This document shows positions 1-11,384 of a DNA stretch of 64,000 bases, piece after piece. Origin of the DNA: Candidatus Kerfeldbacteria bacterium (GTDB lineage: Bacteria; Patescibacteriota; Patescibacteriia; UBA9570; XYC2-FULL-38-9); contig JBDRKW010000020.1 in assembly GCA_043813585.1 (NCBI GenBank), positions 193,185 through 257,184 on the forward strand, given 5' to 3'. Position 1 is the first letter of the stretch, and each line of letters begins with the position of its first letter. A program made the translations under genes and the position numbers. The notes beneath the pieces were generated by a model that saw nothing but the letters and a program-made list of their open reading frames with translations, had not been told where the DNA came from and did no database searches.

Positions 1-38
1 TCGGAGAACCGGTCTGGGACGAAGAAGTGCAGAAGTAG
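1..38 (+). CDS. Probable 3' end of a gene entering from outside the window
   Basis: Frame 3 reads GEPVWDEEVQK followed by TAG at 36-38; too short to identify. Confidence 0.35.
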   Translation, partial: GEPVWDEEVQK

Positions 39-280
39 CAGACCGCATATCCTAGGCAGCGGTTACGGCGCGGGGACCGCGATCAGTATCGTGCCCCGAT
101 GGGACCGATGCAAGCGGCGCTTCGGCGCTAAACCCCGCGATGCTAAACGGGCGCTAGCCACTGGCTGGGTCAAAGACCCGGGCGATGCGCATACTGCACG
201 ACGTACGCTCGATTCGTCGAGCACCCGCCGCCTTCGCACTCCGGTAGGTCGAACAACTTGGCTCCACGACCTACCTACTA
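39..280 (+). ncRNA. Candidate structured non-coding RNA
   Basis: About 64% GC by hand count over 41-280; stems 69-75/133-139, 116-129 (UUCG loop), 167-179, 207-222 (UUCG loop), 243-251/267-275. Confidence 0.4.
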
Positions 281-310
281 AAGAAGAGCATCCATGCGAT
301 GGTCTTTTTT
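281..310. terminator. Probable bidirectional intrinsic terminator
   Basis: AAGAAGAGCATC...GATGGTCTTTTTT imperfect inverted repeat with a T-tract, between convergent units. Confidence 0.5.
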
Positions 311-312
311 AG

Positions 313-876
313 TTACCAGGGAGAATCCTTCAGTTTGAGCCAATAGCCGATATGATTTACGAGAATATGAAACACCGGTCCCACAAGAATAATAATCACC
401 CACATCACCCATGTCAGGTCAAAAAAGAGCATCGCAACCAACGCAGCACCGATCGCGAAATCCAGCTGATCGAACGGAAACCAGGACTGGCCCGGCTTGA
501 CGCTCACACGCCGTTTAAAGAAGGATTTAATCAAGTCGCCGATAATCGCGCCCGCTCCAAATACAAACCCAAACCATATTGGGGCTGTTGTAATATCAAA
601 GGGAGCCCAGCCTCTCATTGATGGGAAGTAATACGTCAACACATACTGCAGGATAAAAATCACGCCGCCAAATAGAACTGCAACAAGCATGCCCCGCCAT
701 GTCTTATGGTTGCCAAACAGCGGCCTTCCTCTGAACGTGCGCCCGCCGTCAATGGGTATTGCCAACGATTTGAATTTATCCTTAAACAATACCGGCGCCA
801 TATTTGCCACGCCTGCAGGCAAAAACAGCCAAAACATCTTGGCAATAAGCGTAAGGAACTCGAGTAACGTTGTCAT
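313..876 (-). CDS. carS: CDP-archaeol synthase (CarS/DUF46)-family membrane cytidylyltransferase
   Basis: Motifs ANMAPV, PIDGG, LFGNHKTWRG, GDLIKSFFKRR, DQLDF; multiple TM helices. Confidence 0.8.
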   Translation of the reverse strand: MTTLLEFLTLIAKMFWLFLPAGVANMAPVLFKDKFKSLAIPIDGGRTFRGRPLFGNHKTWRGMLVAVLFGGVIFILQYVLTYYFPSMRGWAPFDITTAPIWFGFVFGAGAIIGDLIKSFFKRRVSVKPGQSWFPFDQLDFAIGAALVAMLFFDLTWVMWVIIILVGPVFHILVNHIGYWLKLKDSPW

Positions 877-882
877 GACCGT

Positions 883-3014
<2,132 letters not shown>

Positions 3015-3048
3015 GTGCTAAAAAGTACTATTTTTTAGCTAACCTTAG

Positions 3049-5415
3049 CTACTTGTAACGCAGCTGTGCACCGATTTTTTTCTTCAAAATATCGAACAGT
3101 TGTTCGCGCCATTTTTCCACCTCTTCCATCTCGAGCGTACGTTCATCTGACTGCAAAATGACGTGGAACCCGATGCTCTTTTTTCCTTCCTGAATATTCT
3201 TCCCCTGGTAGATATCAAACACCTCAATGCCCGCAACCCAATTATTGCCATGCTTCTGGACCACTTCTTCAATTTCTTTCCATGGAACGGCCTCATCTAC
3301 GATCAACGACAAATCAAGCGTCACTGGTGGAAATTGAGGTATCGGCTGAATTGGCGATGCATCTTTCATGGCGCCCGCCATCACTTCAACGGATATCGAC
3401 ACAAACGCCGTTTCTTTATGTATGCCAAGCTGATCTGCAATAATGCTGTCTATTACACCCGCCGTGCCAATAACCTCTTTGCCCAGATCAAATCGCAGCG
3501 CCCGATTCCCCTCATACATATTCCAATACGGACATGGAGCGGTCTGATCAATGTAATGTTCAGAGTGAACAATATGCAATGATCGGAGCAATCGTTCTGC
3601 AATTGCTCTTGCTCGCCTGTACGGTAGTTCGCTGCCGGAGATGACAATACCCAGCTGTACAACCTCCTTATCCTTAAAATAGCAGTGTCCGATCTCAAAA
3701 AACTGAAGATCTGGTTTTAACGCCTGGTTCAAAACGACATTTTCCAGCATTCGGGGAATCAGTGTTGTGCGCAGGAACTGCTGATCCGCTGACAGCGGGT
3801 TGCTCAATTCAATATGCTCTATGTCCGTATCTAACTCGACCGCCGCAATTAGATCAGCGCCATAAAACGAATAATTTTGCACCTCAGAGCAACCTAGCGC
3901 CCGTAATTCATCCCTGATTCGCTGCCCCGCGCGAACTTCCGGCTGGATATCAGGGACCTTCAAAATTCCTTCAAGCACCTGCTCCTCGATATTATTCACC
4001 CCGTACAACCGAACGACTTCCTCAATGATATCTTCGGGCGTCTGCAAATCTTTCCGAAACCACGGCGGAGTGATTTTGAACAAACCTTCTTTCCCCTTCT
4101 TCAGCAATACTTTGCACTCTAACCGTTCCAGTAATTCCTTGACCTCTTTTTTTACAAAACCATGCCCTGTAAGCCGTTCGAGTTCTTTCAAAGAAAGATC
4201 GACGGTCCATTTCTTTTGAGGTGCGGGATAGAAATCCGTCATGCTCTTGACGTTCGCTCCTGCGTGCTCCTGCAGTAGCTCTATCGCACGCTGTACGGCA
4301 ACACCCGCCAACTCAGGTGAAACGCCTTTCTCCCAACGCAGGGCCGATTCCGTACGGACGCCGATAGATTGAGCCGCTTTTCGGATAAGGAGGGGCTCAA
4401 AATTTGCCGCCTCCAACACAATCCGTTTCGTTGCATCGCTTACGCCGCTTTCCTTCCCGCCTATGACGCCGGCAATTGCCATTGGCTGCTTGTTGTCGGC
4501 AATGACAAGAATGGAAGGATCAAGCTTCTTCTTTTCGTGGTCTAACGTGGTGATGGATTCGCCTTTCTTGGCGCGGCGCACATGAATCTGATTGCCTGCT
4601 ATCTTTTCTGCATCAAACACATGCGTTGGTTCGCCATATTCGAGCATGACATAGTTCGTAATGTCGACAACGTTGTTAATCGATTTTACGCCGCAGGCCT
4701 GGAGACGGTTTGCAATGAATTCCGGGCTTTTCCCGACGGTTACATCCATTTCTACCGCAATGTAGCGCGGACAATCAGACGCATCGTCAATCTTGACTGG
4801 ATATTTCTTTTTTACCGTTGGACCTTTCTTTAACTTTGGAAATACCTTCTTGCCGTCAAACACCGCGGCAATTTCGCGCGCCATTCCAATATGTGAAAAA
4901 AGGTCTGAACGGTGCGTCATTGACTTATTATCAATATCAACCAGCGTTTCACCAGATGGAATCAAGGAGATAATGCTCGTGCCGTTATTTTCTGAAGGAT
5001 TAAAGAGGTGTATGCGGTCTTTCCGGTCCAAAATACCAATCTCTGAATTCAAACAGCACATGCCTTGAGAAACTTCACCGCGCATTTTGCGCTCCTTGAT
5101 CTTAAAATTGCCGGGCAGGACAGTCGGCGCCAGCGCCACCGGGATTTTATCTCCAACATGCAACTCCGCCACTCCTCCAAATATGATCTGTCGGGGTTGT
5201 TTCTCACCCACATTAAATATTCCAATGTTCAAAGAATCTGCATTGGGATGCTTTTTGACCTCCAGTACCTCTCCAACAACAATATTTCCAAGGTCATCAC
5301 TGCTCTCAATCACCTCTTCAACCTCAACAGCATGCAGCGTTAATTCATCCTTCAACTTCTCCGGCTCCGGTATTGAGGGGACATATTCTTTTAACCACTC
5401 GTAGGAAAATATCAT
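3049..5415 (-). CDS. pheT: Phenylalanyl-tRNA synthetase beta subunit
   Basis: SYEWLKEYV, HPNADSL, INNVVDITNYVMLEYG, B5 and C-terminal FDX-ACB domains. Confidence 0.96.
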   Translation of the reverse strand: MIFSYEWLKEYVPSIPEPEKLKDELTLHAVEVEEVIESSDDLGNIVVGEVLEVKKHPNADSLNIGIFNVGEKQPRQIIFGGVAELHVGDKIPVALAPTVLPGNFKIKERKMRGEVSQGMCCLNSEIGILDRKDRIHLFNPSENNGTSIISLIPSGETLVDIDNKSMTHRSDLFSHIGMAREIAAVFDGKKVFPKLKKGPTVKKKYPVKIDDASDCPRYIAVEMDVTVGKSPEFIANRLQACGVKSINNVVDITNYVMLEYGEPTHVFDAEKIAGNQIHVRRAKKGESITTLDHEKKKLDPSILVIADNKQPMAIAGVIGGKESGVSDATKRIVLEAANFEPLLIRKAAQSIGVRTESALRWEKGVSPELAGVAVQRAIELLQEHAGANVKSMTDFYPAPQKKWTVDLSLKELERLTGHGFVKKEVKELLERLECKVLLKKGKEGLFKITPPWFRKDLQTPEDIIEEVVRLYGVNNIEEQVLEGILKVPDIQPEVRAGQRIRDELRALGCSEVQNYSFYGADLIAAVELDTDIEHIELSNPLSADQQFLRTTLIPRMLENVVLNQALKPDLQFFEIGHCYFKDKEVVQLGIVISGSELPYRRARAIAERLLRSLHIVHSEHYIDQTAPCPYWNMYEGNRALRFDLGKEVIGTAGVIDSIIADQLGIHKETAFVSISVEVMAGAMKDASPIQPIPQFPPVTLDLSLIVDEAVPWKEIEEVVQKHGNNWVAGIEVFDIYQGKNIQEGKKSIGFHVILQSDERTLEMEEVEKWREQLFDILKKKIGAQLRYK

Positions 5416-5417
5416 AG

Positions 5418-6461
5418 CTAAAACTGTTCAAGAAATCTGATGTCATTCTGCATGAACATGCGAATGTCAGGAATACCGTACAGAAGCATGGCAAGCCGCG
5501 TTAATCCAAACCCGAACGCAAACCCGGTGTATTTGCGCTCTTCATACCCTGCGGCCTTAAATACATTCTGATTGATCATTCCCGAACCGGCAACTTCTAT
5601 CCAGCCGGTATGTTTGCAGACGCTGCAGCCCTTCTGGCCGCAAAACGGGCACGAGACCTCCGGTTCATAACTTGGTTCCGTAAATGGAAAATAACCCGGA
5701 CGCAACCGCACCTTAATATCGGAACCAAACAACTGGCGGAACAGTTCCTGCATCGTCCATTTCAGATGCCCGATCGTAATATTCTCATCAACGACAAACC
5801 CCTCTAGCTGGTAAAACGTATGTTCGTGCGAAGCGTCGGTTGCTTCGTTCCTAAACGTTCGCCCGGGGATGATGCAGCGCAGCGGCGGTTCATTCTGCTC
5901 CATGATCCGTACTTGCATATTGGACGTATGCGTCCGCATGAGCCACTTTGTATTATCGAGTTGCCGTCGCTCCTTCCGTGTGATTGCATCTTTCACGAAA
6001 AACGTATCCTGGATATCGCGCGCAGGATGTCCTGGCGGAAAATTCAGCGCCTCAAAGTTGTAATAATCGCTTTCCAGTTCAGGCCCTTCATAAATCATGT
6101 ATCCCATGGACCTGAAAATATCCATCAACAATGTATTGATCTGTGAAATCGGATGAATATGCCCTTGTTCAAGCGGTAGTCCAGGCAGAGTAATATCCGT
6201 TTCAGTAACAACAGCTCCTTTGCTGGCTTTTTCTGCCGAATCAAGCTCCTGCTCCATCTTCTTCTTGGCATTGTTTGCAAGAGGGCTAATCTCGCGCTTA
6301 TCCTCTATCGGAAGGTCCTTCAACATGCGAAGAATCGCGTTCAGTTTCCCCGCTTTGCGTCCCAAATATTCAACACGCACCTTTTCAACTTCTTCCGGCG
6401 AAGAGGCACGTTTAATATCTTTTGTGAACTCCTCCAACAGATGCTCAATCTTTTTCTTCAT
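5418..6461 (-). CDS. pheS: Phenylalanyl-tRNA synthetase alpha subunit
   Basis: HPARDIQDTF, RTHTS, YFPFTEPS, GFAFGFG; ATG at 6461 preferred over TTG at 6554. Confidence 0.96.
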   Translation of the reverse strand: MKKKIEHLLEEFTKDIKRASSPEEVEKVRVEYLGRKAGKLNAILRMLKDLPIEDKREISPLANNAKKKMEQELDSAEKASKGAVVTETDITLPGLPLEQGHIHPISQINTLLMDIFRSMGYMIYEGPELESDYYNFEALNFPPGHPARDIQDTFFVKDAITRKERRQLDNTKWLMRTHTSNMQVRIMEQNEPPLRCIIPGRTFRNEATDASHEHTFYQLEGFVVDENITIGHLKWTMQELFRQLFGSDIKVRLRPGYFPFTEPSYEPEVSCPFCGQKGCSVCKHTGWIEVAGSGMINQNVFKAAGYEERKYTGFAFGFGLTRLAMLLYGIPDIRMFMQNDIRFLEQF

Positions 6462-6897
6462 CGATCCGTCTATGTTGCTTAGTGCGTCGTTTTGTTGATG
6501 CTTGTTTTTTCTGAACACGGGCTTCGAGCGATCGTGCAAGGAAAAATCCTTCAAAAATAGTCAGGCCAATCACCAATAGCAGCGTCATCCACCATGCCAG
6601 AAGCTCCTGACTGACTAAAAAAAGCGTTAAACAGAGCAACACGGCAAACCACAGAGCCTGTCGAAGCGAGGTGCCGATATATTTAAACGGAACAACGTTG
6701 CGTAAAAATATATATCGAACGGTAAATCCAAGTAAACTCAGCGTCCCCCATAGGGAAAAGAACAATGACACAAAAAACAACAGTAGGCCAATAATTCCGC
6801 CTGAATACGGATCAATCTGGAAAAGAACGATAATAAACGCCGCCCAGCAAATGAGCGTCGTTATCGCCATCGTGATCAAATATCTGCGTAATGTCAT
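6445..6897 (-). CDS. Four-TM hypothetical membrane protein
   Basis: Four hydrophobic helices and a basic C-terminal tail; overlaps the pheS start; upstream TGT-TATAGT. Confidence 0.75.
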   Translation of the reverse strand: MTLRRYLITMAITTLICWAAFIIVLFQIDPYSGGIIGLLLFFVSLFFSLWGTLSLLGFTVRYIFLRNVVPFKYIGTSLRQALWFAVLLCLTLFLVSQELLAWWMTLLLVIGLTIFEGFFLARSLEARVQKKQASTKRRTKQHRRIDEEKD

Positions 6898-6939
6898 AAT
6901 CTGCGCATACTATAACATTTTTTTCGCGATGTTGCGACT

Positions 6940-9900
6940 TTATGACGAACGATATTCACAGATATCGCTATAATCGCAGTACTTGCAGTTGAATCCGGGG
7001 TTTGGCTTGAAGTCTCCCTTTAAAATGAGTTTGGCATTTTTATCAATCCAGTCCTCGACCTTAGACAGCTTCTTTTCATCAAACTCCTCTGAAATTGTTT
7101 TATTCTCTTCAATGTAATAATACGTGAGCTTCACGGGTTCAAGTTCAAACACGTCCTTTAGCGCTGCAGCATACACATACAACTGCTCGAGATCACGCTT
7201 TCCGGATTTTGGAAACGGCCCGGTCTTATAATCAATAATCTCAACGCCACCATCGACGTTATCAACACGATCAATAACGCCCTTTACTGTATATTTGCCG
7301 ATCTCGACGGTAAACCCCTGTTCCAGATGTGTCACCTCGGGCCAGTCCTCTACATGCAATCCGTAAAACTGCGTGAGGGCATCCTTGCCTTTTTTGTAAT
7401 AGTCATACCGGTTGTCGTTGCTTAAATACCATTCATCAATCCATTTCTCGTCATATATTTCGATCAAATCCTCCAATGAAGGTATTGATGGTGCCTGGAT
7501 TGTATCATTATCTTCAAACAATCCTGTTTGCTGTATCTCACTGCTTTCCTTCATGCGGCGGAAAAATTCATAGAGCGTGCTATGCATCGACTTCCCGAAC
7601 GAAAAACTTGGCTTGCCGGGCGTGGGTAAATGAAGGACGAAGCCAAAACGATACTGCCATGGGCACGTTTCGAAGGCCTTCAGCTGGGAAAAACTGTACT
7701 TCTTCGGACAATGCATCACATTATTTTTTGATTTCTTTGTCGGCCGCTTATCTTTTTCGAAAATCACATCTCCGGTCGGTTCTGGCTTTGTATCCGCAAA
7801 ACCTGCTTCCACAAGAAAACGTGACAGCTTCTTCCGGCGAGCGCCGCCGTAATCTTCACCGCTCGTCAGGTACAGGCCGCTTTTTGCGCGCGTCATTCCA
7901 ACGTAGAAAAGCCGGCGTTCCTCCTCAAGATGCCAATCCCCTTCCGGCACCATATCTTTCACAAGTTCATCCGGAATAAGGATCGGTTCCTTGCGCTGGG
8001 TTGTCGGGAAGCGCTTATCCACAAGGTTCGCTATAAACACATATTCAAATTCCAGGCCTTTTGCCGAATGAACGGTCATGAGTTTCACGGACTCCGGACC
8101 ATCATCCATGTCCGGCTTTAACCGGCCTTCCTCCCCTGACTCAATCATCGCGACCAGTTCATTCACAAACAGATGAACGGTCTTTTCCGTATGCGACCGT
8201 TCAAACGCCTCAATATATTTGAAGAATTGGTTAATATACAGTACCTGCTCTGTTGCCAGCGGCTCCTCGAGTTCTGCCATATACTGCAAATAGCCTGAAT
8301 CACGGAGCATAGACAGCGAGATTTCACCGACCGTTTTATAGCTTGCTTCATGCGACGAAGAACTGATAAGCGCCATGAGCTTTTCTACTGACTCGTACGT
8401 TTTGTCATCAAGTTCCTTCACAGCACGTATTGAACCGCAAATGTCATAGAGCGACCGCGTCCGCTTCTTTGCCTTTTTTGTGATTGTTGCAATATCCTTT
8501 TGCGGCATTTTCCATACCGGCGAAGATAACAACCGATACATCGTATTCGCGTCATGCACATCATCGATGATTCTCAAAAAAGCAATCGTATCCAGCACGA
8601 CCGGTTTTGCAAACAGGCCACGGGAGGCAAGAAATTGGTACGGGATATTTGCCCGCTCCAAATACGGGATAAACGTGTCCGCATGGTCATTGGCGCGCAC
8701 TAAAATGGCAAAGTCGCTCCATGACAATTCAGGGTAGGCGTTTTTCAGTTCCAGAATTTTATCCTTAACCAGCACCGCCTCTCCTTCAAGCGATGTGCTG
8801 TGAAGGTGCTCAACCACGCCTGTGCCTTTGACGTTGCTCTCCAGTTTCTTTTTTATCTTCATCGTCTGTTCCAGGCGGTTCGGGTTGTTATGCTGGATAA
8901 AATCGTACGCGACATCCAAAATTTCCTGCCGCGAACGATAATTTGTAAGCAATGATACCTTCTTCGCCTTTGGAAAGTCTTTCTGGAATATCAAAATATT
9001 GCTCATGGACGCGCCGCGGAAATGGTAAATGGACTGGTCGTCATCGGCAACAACAGTGAGGTTGTTTTTCGGTGCGGCAAGCATCTTTATCAGATCATAC
9101 TGCGCAAAATTCGTATCCTGGAACTCGTCAACGAGAATATATTTGAATTTGTTCCGATACAACTCTAATAATGCAGGACGTTCATTAAATAAATGGATAG
9201 TTTCAACAATGAGATCGCCAAAATCCATTGCATTGTTTTCATACAGCAAGTCCTGGTACCTCTTGTATGCTTTTGCAACTTCCATGATCCGCTGTGCTTC
9301 CGCAGCCGCTTTCTTCTGCTCATCGTCCATGCCCTTCTTTGATTTCTTATGGGTCGAATCAGAATCCAGCTGCAGCTTCTCCGCATATTCAAGGTACTGC
9401 GCCGGCGTGATGTCCTCGTCCTTCAATCGAGAAAAATGACTAATAAGAGCCTGCACGAACTTTGTCGGGTTTCCCTTCGGCTTATAATAGTCCAGTTCAA
9501 ATGAATCCAGGTTGTCGCGGACTAAAAGCCACTGCTGCGTATCCGTCAATAGAAGCGATTCATTGGACAGACCGGCATCCAGTGCATGGTCGCGCAGGAT
9601 CCGTTCGCCAAAAGCGTGGAAGGTTGAAATCCAAAAATCAAAATACCCCATTGGAAGCAGCGCGCCGACTCGTTCTTCCATCTCGCCGGCTGCTTTTTCC
9701 GTAAACGTCAGCGCGAGAATTTCGTCAGCTGTAGCCTTTTCCTGTTCAATGAGATACGCAATGTGGCGGGTAATCACCGTTGTTTTTCCCGTGCCGGCGC
9801 CGGCAATTATAAGCTGCGGACCCGCATTATGGGTTACCGCTTTTTTTTGCTCGGGGTTCAGCCCGTCCAGGATGTCGAGGTCGTGTTTGAATATTGACAT
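6940..9900 (-). CDS. UvrD/PcrA-family helicase fused to a C-terminal PD-(D/E)XK nuclease with Fe-S cysteines
   Basis: AGAGTGKT, VDEFQDTN, TVHSAKGLEF, EERRLFYVGMTRA, then TCPWQY, GVIDRVD, IIDYKTG, CKYCDYSDIC; ATG at 9900 overlaps the upstream stop (TAATG). Confidence 0.9.
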   Translation of the reverse strand: MSIFKHDLDILDGLNPEQKKAVTHNAGPQLIIAGAGTGKTTVITRHIAYLIEQEKATADEILALTFTEKAAGEMEERVGALLPMGYFDFWISTFHAFGERILRDHALDAGLSNESLLLTDTQQWLLVRDNLDSFELDYYKPKGNPTKFVQALISHFSRLKDEDITPAQYLEYAEKLQLDSDSTHKKSKKGMDDEQKKAAAEAQRIMEVAKAYKRYQDLLYENNAMDFGDLIVETIHLFNERPALLELYRNKFKYILVDEFQDTNFAQYDLIKMLAAPKNNLTVVADDDQSIYHFRGASMSNILIFQKDFPKAKKVSLLTNYRSRQEILDVAYDFIQHNNPNRLEQTMKIKKKLESNVKGTGVVEHLHSTSLEGEAVLVKDKILELKNAYPELSWSDFAILVRANDHADTFIPYLERANIPYQFLASRGLFAKPVVLDTIAFLRIIDDVHDANTMYRLLSSPVWKMPQKDIATITKKAKKRTRSLYDICGSIRAVKELDDKTYESVEKLMALISSSSHEASYKTVGEISLSMLRDSGYLQYMAELEEPLATEQVLYINQFFKYIEAFERSHTEKTVHLFVNELVAMIESGEEGRLKPDMDDGPESVKLMTVHSAKGLEFEYVFIANLVDKRFPTTQRKEPILIPDELVKDMVPEGDWHLEEERRLFYVGMTRAKSGLYLTSGEDYGGARRKKLSRFLVEAGFADTKPEPTGDVIFEKDKRPTKKSKNNVMHCPKKYSFSQLKAFETCPWQYRFGFVLHLPTPGKPSFSFGKSMHSTLYEFFRRMKESSEIQQTGLFEDNDTIQAPSIPSLEDLIEIYDEKWIDEWYLSNDNRYDYYKKGKDALTQFYGLHVEDWPEVTHLEQGFTVEIGKYTVKGVIDRVDNVDGGVEIIDYKTGPFPKSGKRDLEQLYVYAAALKDVFELEPVKLTYYYIEENKTISEEFDEKKLSKVEDWIDKNAKLILKGDFKPNPGFNCKYCDYSDICEYRSS

Positions 9901-11381
9901 TATTGTACTATTTGAATTTTTCTTACCCAACCATGGTTTGCGTTTACCTCGATCTGGTCGCCGTCTTTAAACACGGAGGTCGCAATTTTTGTTCCAATTA
10001 TGCACGGGATGCCCAGTTCCCGGCTGACAATCGCTGCATGGCTTGTGACGCCGCCCTCGTCAGTAACAATCGCCGCCGCTTTTTTCATCGCAGGCACATA
10101 ATCCGGTCGCGTCATTACCGCAATTAATATATCCCCATGTTCCACTTTGCCCATCTCTGTCGCCGAACTCACGATTCTAGCCGTGCCAGTTGCCTTTCCT
10201 GTTGATGCTGACAGACCACGGATATCCTGGATTTCATCTTTTGTATCCTCGCCAAACATCATCTCATGGACCCGTTTTGCTTCATCTCCGGTCTTGATAA
10301 TTGTATTATCCCGCGTCCAAATGAAAACACAAAACTCGCGACGAGCTTTAAGTTCATTAACAGAAGGCTTCTTTTCCTTTACCAATGAATCAATCTCAGG
10401 CCAAAAAGCATACTTCATCGGCTCAACCGGAAAACCAATACGTCTGCTAATCTCCTCGAGTAGCTTAGAACCCATGTGAATATTTAAATAAGTGGCCTTT
10501 TTGCGCTCATCCTGCCACCATGTGAAGTCTTCAGAAATTTTAAGTAGCGTCAGAAGATGTTGGGACAGGTCCAGCTCATTAAGTAAATCCTGCTTCTGTT
10601 GCTTATTTTTATCAGGAGTGGATTCTATCCGACGCATCTCTTCATTAAGATCTTTTCCGCTCTCATTCCATGAATCAATTTCTTCTTGAAAATGGTCAAC
10701 TGATAGCTCTTGTGCGAGAACGTAATTATTGTTCGTCCAAAAATACTGCTTCTGATAATCTTCGAGGCTCTGGTCAGATTTTCCGGTTGCTATCTTTAAC
10801 AAATCAATTTCGGCCTGATTTATAAAGGATAGGTGCACTGGAGCGGTTGCTGTAGAGAAAATCCTAGTAAAGTCGGACTTGCGTTCCGGCGCGCCGACTT
10901 CCTCTTGCAACATATCGCTGATAAGCAGGTCTGTTCCTAGAGCAAAATGATCAATAATTGATGATGATGTTGCTCGGTTACTAAATAACGTTGCAATACG
11001 GCTCCACAACCCAGCTAATTCGTCATTTGACAACTCGACAAGTTGAATCAAGGAAAACTCCTTTTGATAAAAACGTTTAAATTCATCTTCATCCTCTTTC
11101 CAATTCGCAAGAAGCTTGGTCGAAATGTCGGTATTATCCTTGGCAAGATCGCTAAGTACCTGGGCACCCCTATTAATATCTGCCATATCCAAATACCAAT
11201 CAGCCTTCCCGTCACTAAAAAAACAGACGCGGATATCTGCTTCTGTTCCCGCTGGCTTTCGATCTTCTTGTTTCAACTCTGCCTCTGCAATGGAATAAAT
11301 AAACAGCGGCGACCCATCAAACCGCTGGCGATACCATTTTTTGTTTGAAATCGCTGATGTGACGTCAGGAGGCAATTCCAT
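9900..11381 (-). CDS. PEP-utilising enzyme mobile (His-swivel) domain protein
   Basis: C-terminal TDEGGVTSHAAIVSRELGIPCIIGT; no N-terminal ATP-grasp domain recognised. Confidence 0.85.
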   Translation of the reverse strand: MELPPDVTSAISNKKWYRQRFDGSPLFIYSIAEAELKQEDRKPAGTEADIRVCFFSDGKADWYLDMADINRGAQVLSDLAKDNTDISTKLLANWKEDEDEFKRFYQKEFSLIQLVELSNDELAGLWSRIATLFSNRATSSSIIDHFALGTDLLISDMLQEEVGAPERKSDFTRIFSTATAPVHLSFINQAEIDLLKIATGKSDQSLEDYQKQYFWTNNNYVLAQELSVDHFQEEIDSWNESGKDLNEEMRRIESTPDKNKQQKQDLLNELDLSQHLLTLLKISEDFTWWQDERKKATYLNIHMGSKLLEEISRRIGFPVEPMKYAFWPEIDSLVKEKKPSVNELKARREFCVFIWTRDNTIIKTGDEAKRVHEMMFGEDTKDEIQDIRGLSASTGKATGTARIVSSATEMGKVEHGDILIAVMTRPDYVPAMKKAAAIVTDEGGVTSHAAIVSRELGIPCIIGTKIATSVFKDGDQIEVNANHGWVRKIQIVQ

Positions 11382-11384
11382 TGC

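Noticed and set aside
91-312. 73-aa ORF (frame +1, open from base 1)
   Set aside because: Arg-rich, no recognisable motif, and it runs through dense hairpins and the terminator; more likely a by-product of high GC, though not fully excluded.
6462-6554. Extended starts in the ORF track for pheS (also ATPase E, CopZ-like and TPR genes)
   Set aside because: They overlap upstream genes; downstream ATGs match the expected family starts.
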